Shown piece by piece: positions 35,235 through 44,588 of a DNA stretch of 64,000 bases. This DNA comes from an uncultured Actinomycetota bacterium (GTDB lineage: Bacteria; Actinomycetota; Actinomycetes; Propionibacteriales; Nocardioidaceae). Below the pieces are notes generated by a model that was given only the letters and a program-made list of their open reading frames with translations, was not told the origin of the DNA and searched no databases. The position numbers and the translations under genes are program-made. Each line of letters begins with the position of its first letter. Position 1 is the stretch's first letter. The stretch covers positions 42,752 through 106,751 of the forward strand of contig CAWKIP010000013.1 in NCBI GenBank assembly GCA_963849765.1, given 5' to 3'.

Positions 35235-35752
35235 GAGACCGCAGCGAGCACGCCGGCCAGCGGCGCCGGCACCCGCCCCGGCTCGAGCGCGGCGGTGAGG
35301 AGTGCGGCGTACTTGTCCTTGCGGCCGCTCGTCGTGCCCCAGAAGCGCCGCAGCACGGCTTCCGGCGGGCGGGCCCGGTGGAAGGGCTGGTTGAGCAGGA
35401 TGTGCCAGGCGTCGAGGTCGCCCGCACCCGCGACCACGTCGAGGACGGCCGGCATCCCGAGCGCGCGGACCAGCTCGTCCTCGAGGTCCGCGTCGCAGAC
35501 GAACCGCGCGACGTCGCGGTCGAACGCGGCAAGCGTGCGATCGACGTACGCCGTCTCGCCGGCGTCGTGGAGGACCGCCACCGGGCCGTCGTCGGCCAGG
35601 TCGGCCAGTGCGGCCAGGTGGCGGCGGAGGTTGGTGATGCCGCCCATGCTCACGACGTCGACGTCGGTGAGGTCGTGGTCCAGCAGACCGGCGAGGGTCA
35701 GGAGGGCGGTCCGGTCGCTGTCGCCCTCGACGAGCACGAGGGATCGGGGCAT
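35231..35752 (-). CDS. Stand-alone OLD-like TOPRIM domain protein
   Basis: LVEGDSD, MGG, HDAGE, DLEDEL. Confidence 0.75.
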   Translation of the reverse strand: MPRSLVLVEGDSDRTALLTLAGLLDHDLTDVDVVSMGGITNLRRHLAALADLADDGPVAVLHDAGETAYVDRTLAAFDRDVARFVCDADLEDELVRALGMPAVLDVVAGAGDLDAWHILLNQPFHRARPPEAVLRRFWGTTSGRKDKYAALLTAALEPGRVPAPLAGVLAAVS

Positions 35753-35806
35753 CGGGTCACGATATTCGAGAGGCCGGTGTCCCTGCCGGTCCCTAGGATC
35801 AGCCGG

Positions 35807-36807
35807 GTGAGCGACACCCTCTCCGACAGTGCCGCGGACAGCTCGATGTCGGCAGCCCGAGCAGGCCGAGCCGATGATCGTCGCCCGCGGCCTGCGGAAG
35901 GAGTTCCGCCAGAGCTCGGGCGGCACCTTCGAGGCCGTCAAGGGCATCGACCTCGAGGTGCGCCAGGGAGAGGCGTTCGGGTTCCTCGGCCCAAACGGCG
36001 CCGGCAAGTCCTCGACGATGCGGATGATCGCGGCGGTGTCGCCGGTCAGCGGCGGCGAGCTGCGCATCCTCGGCATGGACCCGGCGGTCGACGGTCCGAC
36101 GATCCGCGGCCGGCTCGGCGTCTGCCCGCAGGAGGACAACCTCGACCTGGAGCTCAACGTCTTCGACAACCTCTACATCTACGGCCGCTACTTCGGGCTG
36201 CCCAAGCAGGTGGTGCGCGACCGGGCCGACGAGCTGCTGGAGTTCGCCAAGCTCACCGAGAAGGCGAAGTCGAAGGTCGACGAGCTCTCGGGCGGCATGA
36301 AGCGGCGGCTGACGATCGCCCGGTCGCCTCATCAACCGTCCCGACCTGCTGCTGCTCGACGAGCCGACCACCGGCCTCGACCCGCAGGCGCGGCACCTGC
36401 TGTGGGACCAGCTGTTCCGGCTCAAGCACGCCGGGCGTGACTCTCGTCATCACGACGCACTACATGGACGAGGCCGAGCAGCTGTGCGACCGGCTGGTCA
36501 TCATGGACAAGGGCGTCATCGTCGCCGAGGGTGCACCGCGCGACCTGATCCGGGAGCACTCCACCCGCGAGGTCGCCGAGCTCCGGTTCGGCGTCGACGA
36601 GCACGCCGCGCACGCCGAGGTGCTGCGGCGACCTCGGTCAGCGGGTCGAGGTGCTGCCCGACCGGCTGCTCGTCTACACCGACGACGGCGAGGAGGTGCT
36701 GGTCCGGACGCACGAGCGCGGCCTGCGAGCCGATCGCCACCTTGGTACGCCGCTCCACGCTCGAGGACGTCTTCCTCCGCCTGACCGGCCGGACCCTGGT
36801 CGACTGA
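35807..36807 (+). CDS. ABC-2 exporter ATP-binding protein (NodI-like), frameshifted
   Basis: [39 protein letters not shown]. Confidence 0.9.
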
Positions 36808-37623
36808 TGGCGGTCATCCCGCTCCCCGCGCCGCGGGACCTGCCGTTCCTCGACGGCGTGCTGCCGGCAGGTCGACTACTGGGCGATCCTCTGGTCCCGC
36901 ACCTGGCGCGGGGTCCTCGCCTCGTCGTTCCTCTCGCCGTTCCTCTACGTGCTGGCGATGGGCGTGCTGCTCGGGGGGTTCGTCGAGGCCGACCCCGACC
37001 AGCTGGAGGGGGCGACGTCGTACCTCGCTTTCGTGGTGCCCGGCCTGATCGCCGCCCACGCGATGCAGACCGCCGTCTCCGAGACGACGTTCCCCGTGAT
37101 GGGCATGATCAAGTGGCGGCGGATCTACGAGTCGATGCTGGCGACGCCGCTGCAGCCGCGTCACGTCGCGGGGCGCACCTCGCGACGGTGGCGCTCCATC
37201 TCGCTGTCGACCTGCGGGATCTTCACGGCGGTGATGGCGCCGTTCGGTGTCTACGAGTCCTGGTGGGGACCGTTCCTGGCGTTCGGCTCGCAGGTCCTGT
37301 GCGGCATGGCGTTCGCGACCCTGGTCTACGCCTTCACCACCCGGAACAACTCGGAGGAGGCGTTCGGCGTGCTCTTCCGGCTGGGCGTGTTCCCGCTGTT
37401 CCTGTTCTCCGGCGCGTTCTTCCCGGTGTCCAACCTCGGGGACGTCGGCTCGTGGCTCGCGCGGCTGACGCCGCTGTGGCACGGCGTCAACCTCTCCCGG
37501 ATGTTCGCGCTCGACGAGGTGACCTGGTGGTCGCCGGCGTCAACGTCGCCGTCCTGGTGGTGCTGATGCTGCTGGGCTGGCGCTGGTCCGTGTCCGGCCT
37601 GACGAAGCGGATGCTCTCGATGA
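36807..37623 (+). CDS. ABC-2 permease (NodJ-like), frameshifted
   Basis: YLAFVVPG, MLATPL, PLFLFSGAFFP, PLWHGV. Confidence 0.87.
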
Positions 37624-38449
37624 GCTCGCCCCCCGCGCGCCGCACTCCGTACCGCTGCCGACGCGACCGAGGTCCGGCCGCTGACCGCGGCCGAGGCCAC
37701 GCGGTTCCTGGTGGCGCGCAACTACATCGTCTACCGGGCCCACTGGAAGCTGTTCCTCACCGGCTTCCTCGAGCCGGTCTTCTACCTGCTCTCGATCGGC
37801 ATCGGCGTCGGCGCGCTCGTCGAGGGGTTCGAGATCGGCGGCAAGGAGGTCTCCTACGCCACCTTCGTGGCCCCGGGGATGCTGGCGGCGTCGGCCTTCA
37901 ACGGGGCGCTGCTCGACTCGACGTTCAACGTCTTCTTCAAGCTGAAGTACGTCAAGCTCTACGACCAGATGCTCGCCACGCCGCTGTCGACGGGCGACAT
38001 CGCCCGCGGGGAGATCGCGTGGGGCCAGCTCCGCGGGGTCGACGTACGCTGCCGGGTTCCTGCTGGTCATGCTCGCGATGGGTCTGATCGAGTCGTGGTG
38101 GGCCGTGCTCGCGCTTCCGGCCGTGCTGCTGATCGGGTTCGCGTTCAGTGCGGTCTGCATGGCGGCGACCACCTGGATGCGCAACTTCCAGGACTTCGAC
38201 AAGATCACGCTGTTCCAGCTCCCGTTGTTCCTCTTCTCCGCGACGTTCTTCCCGGTCGACAGCTACTCCGGGCCGGTGCGCTGGATCGTCGAGTGCACCC
38301 CGCTCTACCGGGGTGTGGTGCTGTGCCGCGAGCTCACGACGGGCACCGTTTCGGTCGCTTCGTTGGTGTCGGTCGTCTACCTTCTGGTGATGGGAGTGGT
38401 CGGCCTCCTGGTGGTGCGCAGGCGGCTCGACACACTGTTGCTGACCTGA
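37620..38449 (+). CDS. ABC-2 permease (NodJ-like), frameshifted
   Basis: EPVFYL, FVAPGM, MLATPL, PLFLFSATFFP. Confidence 0.87.
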
Positions 38450-38462
38450 GGAGAGATGGCCG

Positions 38463-39044
38463 ATGAGCCGCAAGAAGGCAGTTTGGCTGAGCGTCGGCGG
38501 TGTCCTGCTCGTGGTCGCAGTGGTCGCCCTGCTCCTGTTCCAGCCGTGGCTGCTGTTCATCGACGACAAGGTCGACGAGGCCGACGACACCGGCGAGGTG
38601 GTCGGTACGGCGTCCGAGGGCCTCTCCCAGACCGCCTTCCCCAGCGACCAGCCCAGCGATCCCGAGACCGACGACGCCCCGAAGCGGGTCGAGCTGGCCG
38701 CCGCGGACTTCATCGACGCGGAGCACGGCACGTCCGGCCGGGCCGTGATCTACCTCCGCGACGACGGCAGCCGCTACCTGCGACTCGAGGGGTTCGAGAC
38801 CTCCAACGGTCCCGATGTCCACGTCTGGATCACCGACCAGCAGAGCGGCGGTGACTGCGAGGGGTGCAGCGACTCGTGGGGCATCTACGACGACGGTGAC
38901 TACGTCAAGCTCGGATCTCTCAAGGGCAACATCGGCGACCAGAACTATGAGATCCCCGGCGATGCCGACCTCGGGAACATGAAGTCGGTCGTCATCTGGT
39001 GCGACCGGTTCAACGTCGCTTTCGGCACGGCTGCGATCGCCTGA
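38463..39044 (+). CDS. DM13 domain protein
   Basis: TSNGPDVHVW, LKGNIGDQNY, VVIWCDRF; N-terminal anchor. Confidence 0.88.
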   Translation: MSRKKAVWLSVGGVLLVVAVVALLLFQPWLLFIDDKVDEADDTGEVVGTASEGLSQTAFPSDQPSDPETDDAPKRVELAAADFIDAEHGTSGRAVIYLRDDGSRYLRLEGFETSNGPDVHVWITDQQSGGDCEGCSDSWGIYDDGDYVKLGSLKGNIGDQNYEIPGDADLGNMKSVVIWCDRFNVAFGTAAIA

Positions 39045-40773
39045 TCAGGTGATCTCCGGCAGGTCCTGCTCGACGTCGAGCAGCGCGCGGAAGGGGTCGC
39101 CGCGCTCGTCGAGCCGGTCGAGGACGGTCCGGATGGTCCAGCCGGTCGGGCCGCAGGTCGGGTCGTCGAGCTCGTCCCAGCCGATCGGCACCGAGACGGG
39201 CGCGCCCGCCGCCGGCCGGGTGGAGTACGGCGCGACGAGCGTCTTGTTGATCGCGTTCTGGGTGTAGTCCAGGCGGGCCAGACCGCCGCGGTCCTTCTTC
39301 TCCCACTTCCAGCTGACCAGGTCCGGCTGCACCTTCCCGATCGTCTTCGAGAGCCGCTCGGTCCAGGCTCGGGTCTCGTCGAAGGTGTAGCCCGGCCGCG
39401 ACAGGGATCCAGACCTGGATGCCACGCTTGCCGGTCACCTTCGGCCGTCCCGTGACCCCGAGGTGGTCGAGCGCCGTCCGGTGCAGGCGCGCCAGGTCGA
39501 GCAGCTCCTCCCACGTGGTGCGCTCGCCCGGATCGAGGTCGATCATGGCGTACGTCGGCTCGTGCATCGCCGCCGTGCGCGAGGTCCACGGGTGCCATTC
39601 CAGGGCGCCGAAGTTCGCCGCCCAGAGGAGCGCGGCGGGCTCGTCGACCACGAGGTAGGTCGTGGTCTCACCGCGATCCGCCTCGGGGTTGTCCCAACGG
39701 GGGAGCCAGTCGGGCGCGTGCTTCGGCAGCTCCTTGTGCCAGAACCCCTTGGTGTCGGCGCCGTCCGGATAGCGGTGCAGGTTGATCGCTCGCCCCTCCA
39801 GGTAGGGGAGCGAGAGCGGCGCGATGCGCGCGACGTACGCGAGCAGCTCGCGCTTGGTCACCGGTGGGTCGCCGGGGAAGAGCACCTTGTCGAGGTTCGT
39901 GACCTTGAGCTGCCGGCCGAAGACTTCCCAGGTGCCCTGCTTGCCGAGGTCCTCGAGCGCCGCGATCGCTTCGTCGTCGACGGGCTCGGGCAGGACAGAG
40001 ACCTCCGCCTCGTCGGCCGGAGCGCCGGACTGCCACAACCGGTCCGGGTCCGCCTTCACCTCGTCGTTGGTCCGTCCGGTCAGGACCGACTTCGGGTGCT
40101 CCTCCGGGTCCCAGCCGGCGACGGCGTGCTCGTCCTTCTTGTGCAGCAGCAGCCACTGCTCCTTGTCGCCGGCGCGGTCGTCGCGCCGGACCAGCACGAG
40201 CCGCCCGTGGAGCTTCTCGCCGTGCATCTCGGCGTGGAGCTCGCCCTCCGCGAGGGCGGCCGCGGGGTCGTCGGTCTTCGCCGGCTCCCAGGTGCGGTGT
40301 CCGCAGAGGATGACGTCGCCGGCGCCGTACTGGCCGGACGGGGATGATGCCCTCGAAGTGGAGGTACTCTATCGGGTGGTGTTCGACGTGGAATGGCGAG
40401 CTGTGCGCAGGGGGATGGAGCGTAGGACACTTAAGGCAAGGCAAAGCTGAGAGACGGTGTCCCACACGATCACGTCGCCCCCGCCGTACTGTCCGCCGGG
40501 GATGACCCCCTCGAAGTTGATGTACTCGATCGGGTGGTCCTCGACGTGCACGGCCATCCGCTTGACCGACGGGTCCAGGGTCGGCCCCTTCGGGACCGCC
40601 CAGCTCACGAGGACACCGTCGATCTCGAACCTGAGGTCGTAGTGCAGCTGGCTCGCCCGGTGCCGCTGGACGACGAAGCGCCGCTCACCGTTCCCGCCGT
40701 TCGCGTCCCCACCGGCCGGCTCCGGCGTACGCCGGAAGTCCCGCTTGCGGCGGTAGGTGTCGAGCGCGCCCAT
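39045..40773 (-). CDS. LigD-type phosphoesterase plus primase-polymerase, without ligase domain (frameshifts, internal duplication)
   Basis: [34 protein letters not shown]; [33 protein letters not shown]. Confidence 0.87.
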
Positions 40774-40843
40774 GCCTCAGCAGTGCCCCCTTCGCTGTCG
40801 ATCACACGATCGGTCTGTGACCGACGCTGTCGTCGACACCGGA

Positions 40844-40937
40844 CGCGACGCTCAGCGGCTGGGGGATGCTTCCTGAGCGCCGCGACCGGTTGATCGCGAA
40901 AGCAGCGCCAGGACAAGGGGGAAACTGGGCCGCAGCA
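40844..40937 (-). ncRNA. Candidate small RNA with two UCCCCC-loop hairpins
   Basis: Minus strand: gcggcccag-TTTCCCCCTTGTC-ctggcgctgc and cgcggcgctcag-GAAGCATCCCCCAGCCG-ctgagcgtcgcg, in a ~270-bp gap. Confidence 0.35.
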
Positions 40938-41046
40938 GGGGCCCGGGCTCCAATACGCGCCCCTCTGTCGCATGCTCACCGTAAGCGCGCTCGGAGCGAT
41001 CGCGCATCAGGCGCCGAGGATTCGCCCGCCAGATCTGGTAGCGCTG

Positions 41047-41796
41047 TCAGCGCCCGCCGAGCCGCCGGCCCAGCTGCTGCGCTGTGCGCACGACCGCCGC
41101 AGCGAGTACGGCGACGTCGGCCTCGTGGGTGGGGAAGGTGACCGCGATCCCCGCTACCGGGTGGTCGTTGTGGTCGAGGACCGGCGCGGCGACGCTGGCC
41201 AGCCCGGTCGTGACCTCGCCGTCCTCGCGGGCGTGGCCCCTGCGGCGGGTGTCGGTGAGCACGGACCGCAGCGCGGTGAGCGACTGCGGGCCGACGCTGG
41301 TGCGGTCGACGAAGGCCGACCGGTCCGGGTAGAGCGCGCGGACCTGCGCCGCCGGCAGGTGGGCGAGGATGGCGCGCCCGCTGGCGGTGAGGTGGGCCGG
41401 CAGCCGGACGCCGACGTCGGTCACCAGCGACGGTCGTCCGGGCGCCCGCTCCTCGAGGACGTAGAGCACGTCGCGACCGTGCAGCACCGCGAGGTGCGCG
41501 GACTGGCCGACCTGGTCGACGAGCGCGGCCAGCGGCCGGCGGGCGATCCGCTGCAACGGCTCCTGGCGGGCGTAACCGGAGCCGACCTCGAACGCGGCCA
41601 CGCCCACGCCGTACCTCCGATCCTCGGGGAGGTGCACGACGAAGCCCTCCTCGACCATCGCGGTGAGGAGGTGGTACGCCGACGAGCGCGGGATCCCGAC
41701 TGCGGCCGTCACCCGTTCCAGCGGAACGGGCTCCGGCTGCGCGGCTAGGAATCTCAGCACCCGCAGCGCCCGGGTTGCGGACGGGACCTGACCCAT
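41047..41796 (-). CDS. IclR-family regulator of the hut genes (HutR-like)
   Basis: IPRSSAYHLL, GVRLPAHLTASGRAIL; near and divergent from hutH. Confidence 0.85.
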   Translation of the reverse strand: MGQVPSATRALRVLRFLAAQPEPVPLERVTAAVGIPRSSAYHLLTAMVEEGFVVHLPEDRRYGVGVAAFEVGSGYARQEPLQRIARRPLAALVDQVGQSAHLAVLHGRDVLYVLEERAPGRPSLVTDVGVRLPAHLTASGRAILAHLPAAQVRALYPDRSAFVDRTSVGPQSLTALRSVLTDTRRRGHAREDGEVTTGLASVAAPVLDHNDHPVAGIAVTFPTHEADVAVLAAAVVRTAQQLGRRLGGR

Positions 41797-41800
41797 GCGG

Positions 41801-42150
41801 TCAGTTTGCCGTGGGCATGTCTCCTTGTGCCTCGGACAGGCCGATCACGCCGAACGCCTCGCCCTGGGCGCCGGTCACGACTGCCATCCGGCCGAACGGG
41901 CGTCGGCATCGTCGGTGGCGATGTACGTGGCCCAGTTGCTCGGCATCTCAGGCATCGGCTTCGGGCCGACGCCGGCCACGGGTCGGCCGTCCTTGGTGGC
42001 GATCCGGTAGCCCTGGGCGTCGTCGGATGCCGGCTCGACGGTCCAGCCCAGCAGCTGGCCGTAGAACTCGGCGGCGGCGTCGGTGTCATCGGCTGACAGG
42101 TCGACCCAGCTGGGGGTGCCGGCCGGCCAGGCTTCGTCGCGTGTGGGCAT
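41801..42150 (-). pseudogene. VOC/glyoxalase gene with apparent internal deletion
   Basis: N-terminus GTPSWVDL..FYGQLLGW..WATYIATDDAD is joined out of frame to a VOC C-terminus PFGRMAVVTGAQGEAFGVI. Confidence 0.65.
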
Positions 42151-42250
42151 GGGGGTGCTCCTTGCTCGTCGGTGAGCGGTGCGCGTGATGGGCATCCTGC
42201 CGCTCGGGTCCGACATCGGGACGACGTCGGAGTGAGCGGCAGGCGAAGGG

Positions 42251-42592
42251 CTACTTCTTGGGCTTGGGCGGGAACGTCGAGACATGCGCGCAGGCCCGCT
42301 CCACCCAGGCGCGGGCCTCGTCAGCGGGCAGGTCCGGGGGGAGCGCGACGTAGCCGCCCATCGGCCGCTCGGCGGGACCGAACGGCCCGGAGCCGGGGAC
42401 TGCCTCGAGCTCGGCGCGTCCACTGTCGTCGAGCTTGACCCCGACGGCCGGGGCGAACAGGCCGGCGAACATGTTGCCGTTCACGAACGCGCCGAGCTGA
42501 CCGAACATCGGCTTGACCTCGACGCCGGGTGCGTCGGGCACCAGCGAGCGGAAGTGCTCCTTGTCGGCGTCGGTGGCCTTCGGCATCTTCAT
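42251..42592 (-). CDS. TfoX N-terminal domain protein
   Basis: KPMFGQLGAFVNGNMFAG, RPMGGYV, PPKPKK. Confidence 0.85.
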   Translation of the reverse strand: MKMPKATDADKEHFRSLVPDAPGVEVKPMFGQLGAFVNGNMFAGLFAPAVGVKLDDSGRAELEAVPGSGPFGPAERPMGGYVALPPDLPADEARAWVERACAHVSTFPPKPKK

Positions 42593-43164
42593 CGGCTCAT
42601 CACCTTCATGGGAGTCCGGCCGGCGAAGGCCGCGAACCGGTCGAGGGGAGCGGCGCCGTCGGGAGCCGGGACCTCGTCGGCGAAGGAGCGACCGCGCGCC
42701 GTCGGCAGGATCGGCTCCGACAGCCGGTGGAGGTAGGCGGCGACGTCGTCGGACACGTCGAGCGTCCGGCCGAAGGCCTGCGCGAGGTCCCACCCGTGGA
42801 GGATGATCTCGGCGCCGAGCAGGGTGGCCGCGACGCGCGCCGGCATCTCGCCGACCGGTCCCGCCACCATCGAGTCGAGGTCGGTACCCCGCCACGCGGT
42901 GATCGCCTGTTCGGCGGCGACGGACACGCGGTGCTCCGCCGAACCCTCGGCCTCGGTGACGGTGGCGCCCACCATCGCGCCCAGCCCGACCATCGACCTG
43001 ACCAGGTGGTCGACGAGCGGACCGACCGGGAGGTCCGGGCAGGGCGTCGGCCGGTCGGCGTCGTCGGCGGTGATCAGCCGCAGGACCGGCTGGACGGCGG
43101 CGAGTGCGGCTTCGGCGGCGAGCAAGGGGGTCAGGCCCTCGGGAGAACCCTTGAGCGGCTTCAT
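42589..43164 (-). CDS. TIGR03086-family protein
   Basis: PTPC, LVDHL, EIILHGWDLA, AFAGR. Confidence 0.85.
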   Translation of the reverse strand: MKPLKGSPEGLTPLLAAEAALAAVQPVLRLITADDADRPTPCPDLPVGPLVDHLVRSMVGLGAMVGATVTEAEGSAEHRVSVAAEQAITAWRGTDLDSMVAGPVGEMPARVAATLLGAEIILHGWDLAQAFGRTLDVSDDVAAYLHRLSEPILPTARGRSFADEVPAPDGAAPLDRFAAFAGRTPMKVMSR

Positions 43165-44153
43165 CGGGCGACCTCGGCGGCGACCATCGGCACCCGGCCG
43201 GCGAAGGCGGCGAGCCTGTCCATGGCTGAGCTGTCGTCGGCGACCGTGACCTCGTCAGCGAAGGAAGTGCCGCGTCCGCCCGGCACGATGGCCTGTGCCA
43301 GCTCGGCGATGTACGACACCACCTCGTCCGACACGTGCAGGGACTGCCCCGTCGACTGAGCGATGTCCCAGCCGTGCAGGAGGAGCTCGACCGGGAGGAT
43401 CCCGACGGCGAAGCTCGCGGGCATCTCGCCACCCGGATAGGGAACGGTGCCGTCGAGGTCGACTCGCCGCCAGGCCTCGATCGCCTGACCGGCCATCACC
43501 GACACCTTGTGCTCGGCGCCGCCCTCGTCCGGCCTGGTCACCGTGCCGCCTGCCATGCCGCCGAGCTGGACCAGCGAGGTCATGAGGTGCTCGACGAGCT
43601 GGTGGCAGCTGAGGTCGGTGCACGGCGTCGGCTTCGGCTGGTCTGCGGGCGTGAGGTTGCGAAGGATGGGCTGGATCACGGCCAGGGCTGCCTCCGATGC
43701 GACGATCGGGGTGAGGTTCTCGGGGCGCCCAGGCCCAGGGGTCCTGACCGGCGTCGCCGGTCGCGGCGAGCGCTCTCGAGCCGCTCGAGGAAGTGGTCCC
43801 AGCCCTCGGCGTGGCCGGCGAGCAGAGCCTCGGGGAGGTCGGCGTGCTCGAGGGTCACCAGGGAGCCCTCGGCGCTCGGCTCGATGGTGATCGTGACGGT
43901 CGAAGCATCGGCGGGCAGCGTCTCGTCGTCCTCCCAGCCCCAGCCGAACACGACCCGGCGGCCGGGCTCGACCTCGCGGATCGTGCCCGCGACGTGGTGA
44001 CCGGGCGTGACCGTCCAGCGGAAGTCGCCGCCGGCGCGGAGATCGACGTACGCCGACACCGTCATCCAGCGACGGAGCCGCTCGGGTTCGGTGACGAGGG
44101 CGAACGCCTCGTCGGGGGAGACCGGCAGGGTCGACGGTCTTGGTGTAGGTCAT
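43161..44153 (-). CDS. SRPBCC-TIGR03086 fusion protein (frameshifts)
   Basis: DLRAGG, EPGRRVVFGW and HAEGWDHFLERL, followed by PTPC..VEHL..ELLLHGWDIA..AFAGR. Confidence 0.8.
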   Translation of the reverse strand: MTYTKTVDPAGLPRRGVRPRHRTRAAPSLDDGVGVRRSPRRRRLPLDGHARSPRRGHDPRGRARPPGRVRLGLGGRRDAARRCFDRHDHHRAERRGLPGDPRARRPPRGSARRPRRGLGPLPRAARERSPRPATPVRTPGPGRPENLTPIVASEAALAVIQPILRNLTPADQPKPTPCTDLSCHQLVEHLMTSLVQLGGMAGGTVTRPDEGGAEHKVSVMAGQAIEAWRRVDLDGTVPYPGGEMPASFAVGILPVELLLHGWDIAQSTGQSLHVSDEVVSYIAELAQAIVPGGRGTSFADEVTVADDSSAMDRLAAFAGRVPMVAAEVAR

Positions 44154-44464
44154 GGCTTGCTCCTCAGTTCTTGCTGTTCAGCGTGGGCATCGGCGACGAG
44201 CCGGTCGAGCTCGTCGGTCCAGAACCGGTCGATCTCGGCCTGCAGCGAGCGCAGGCCGGTGGGGACGACGCGGTAGATCCGTTGACGGCCGACCTTCTCG
44301 GCCTCGACGAGACCCGCGTCGGCCAGCAGCAGCAGGTGCTGGCTGATCGCCGACCGGGTGACGGGGAACTCCGCAGCGATGTCGCTCACCGTGCGGGGCT
44401 CGGACGCGAGGAGCTGCAGGATGCGGCGCCGGTTGGGCTCCGCTGCTGCACTGAACGCGTCCAT
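44150..44464 (-). CDS. ArsR-family regulator
   Basis: AEPNRRRIL, TRSAISQHLLLLADAGLV. Confidence 0.9.
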   Translation of the reverse strand: MDAFSAAAEPNRRRILQLLASEPRTVSDIAAEFPVTRSAISQHLLLLADAGLVEAEKVGRQRIYRVVPTGLRSLQAEIDRFWTDELDRLVADAHAEQQELRSKP

Positions 44465-44465
44465 G

Positions 44466-44501
44466 CGAATACGTTAGTCATCACTAACGCATTCGTGTCA
44501 A
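44466..44501 (-). promoter_or_regulatory. ArsR promoter and operator
   Basis: 13-bp inverted repeat CGAATACGTTAGT-catc-ACTAACGCATTCG (1 mismatch); TTGACA and TAACGT on the minus strand, 6 nt before the ATG. Confidence 0.7.
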
Positions 44502-44514
44502 GGCCGACAGATGC

Positions 44515-44536
44515 GTTGTCTCGTATCCGAGACAAC
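44515..44536. promoter_or_regulatory. Putative HutR operator
   Basis: GTTGTCTCG-TATC-CGAGACAAC perfect palindrome upstream of hutH; core resembles the corynebacterial HutR site TCTG..AT.CCAGA. Confidence 0.65.
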
Positions 44537-44588
44537 AGTCGGGCCGACCTGCTGGTGGAACGGACGCCGACGGGCGTTGGATGGGCGC

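Noticed and set aside
35778-35799. PafBC-like promoter before the ABC exporter (TGTCCC-N10-TAGGAT)
   Set aside because: Two mismatches in the six-base core; only the -10 element is convincing.
40285-40620. Template/variable repeat pair of a diversity-generating retroelement
   Set aside because: Differences are not adenine-specific and no reverse transcriptase is present.
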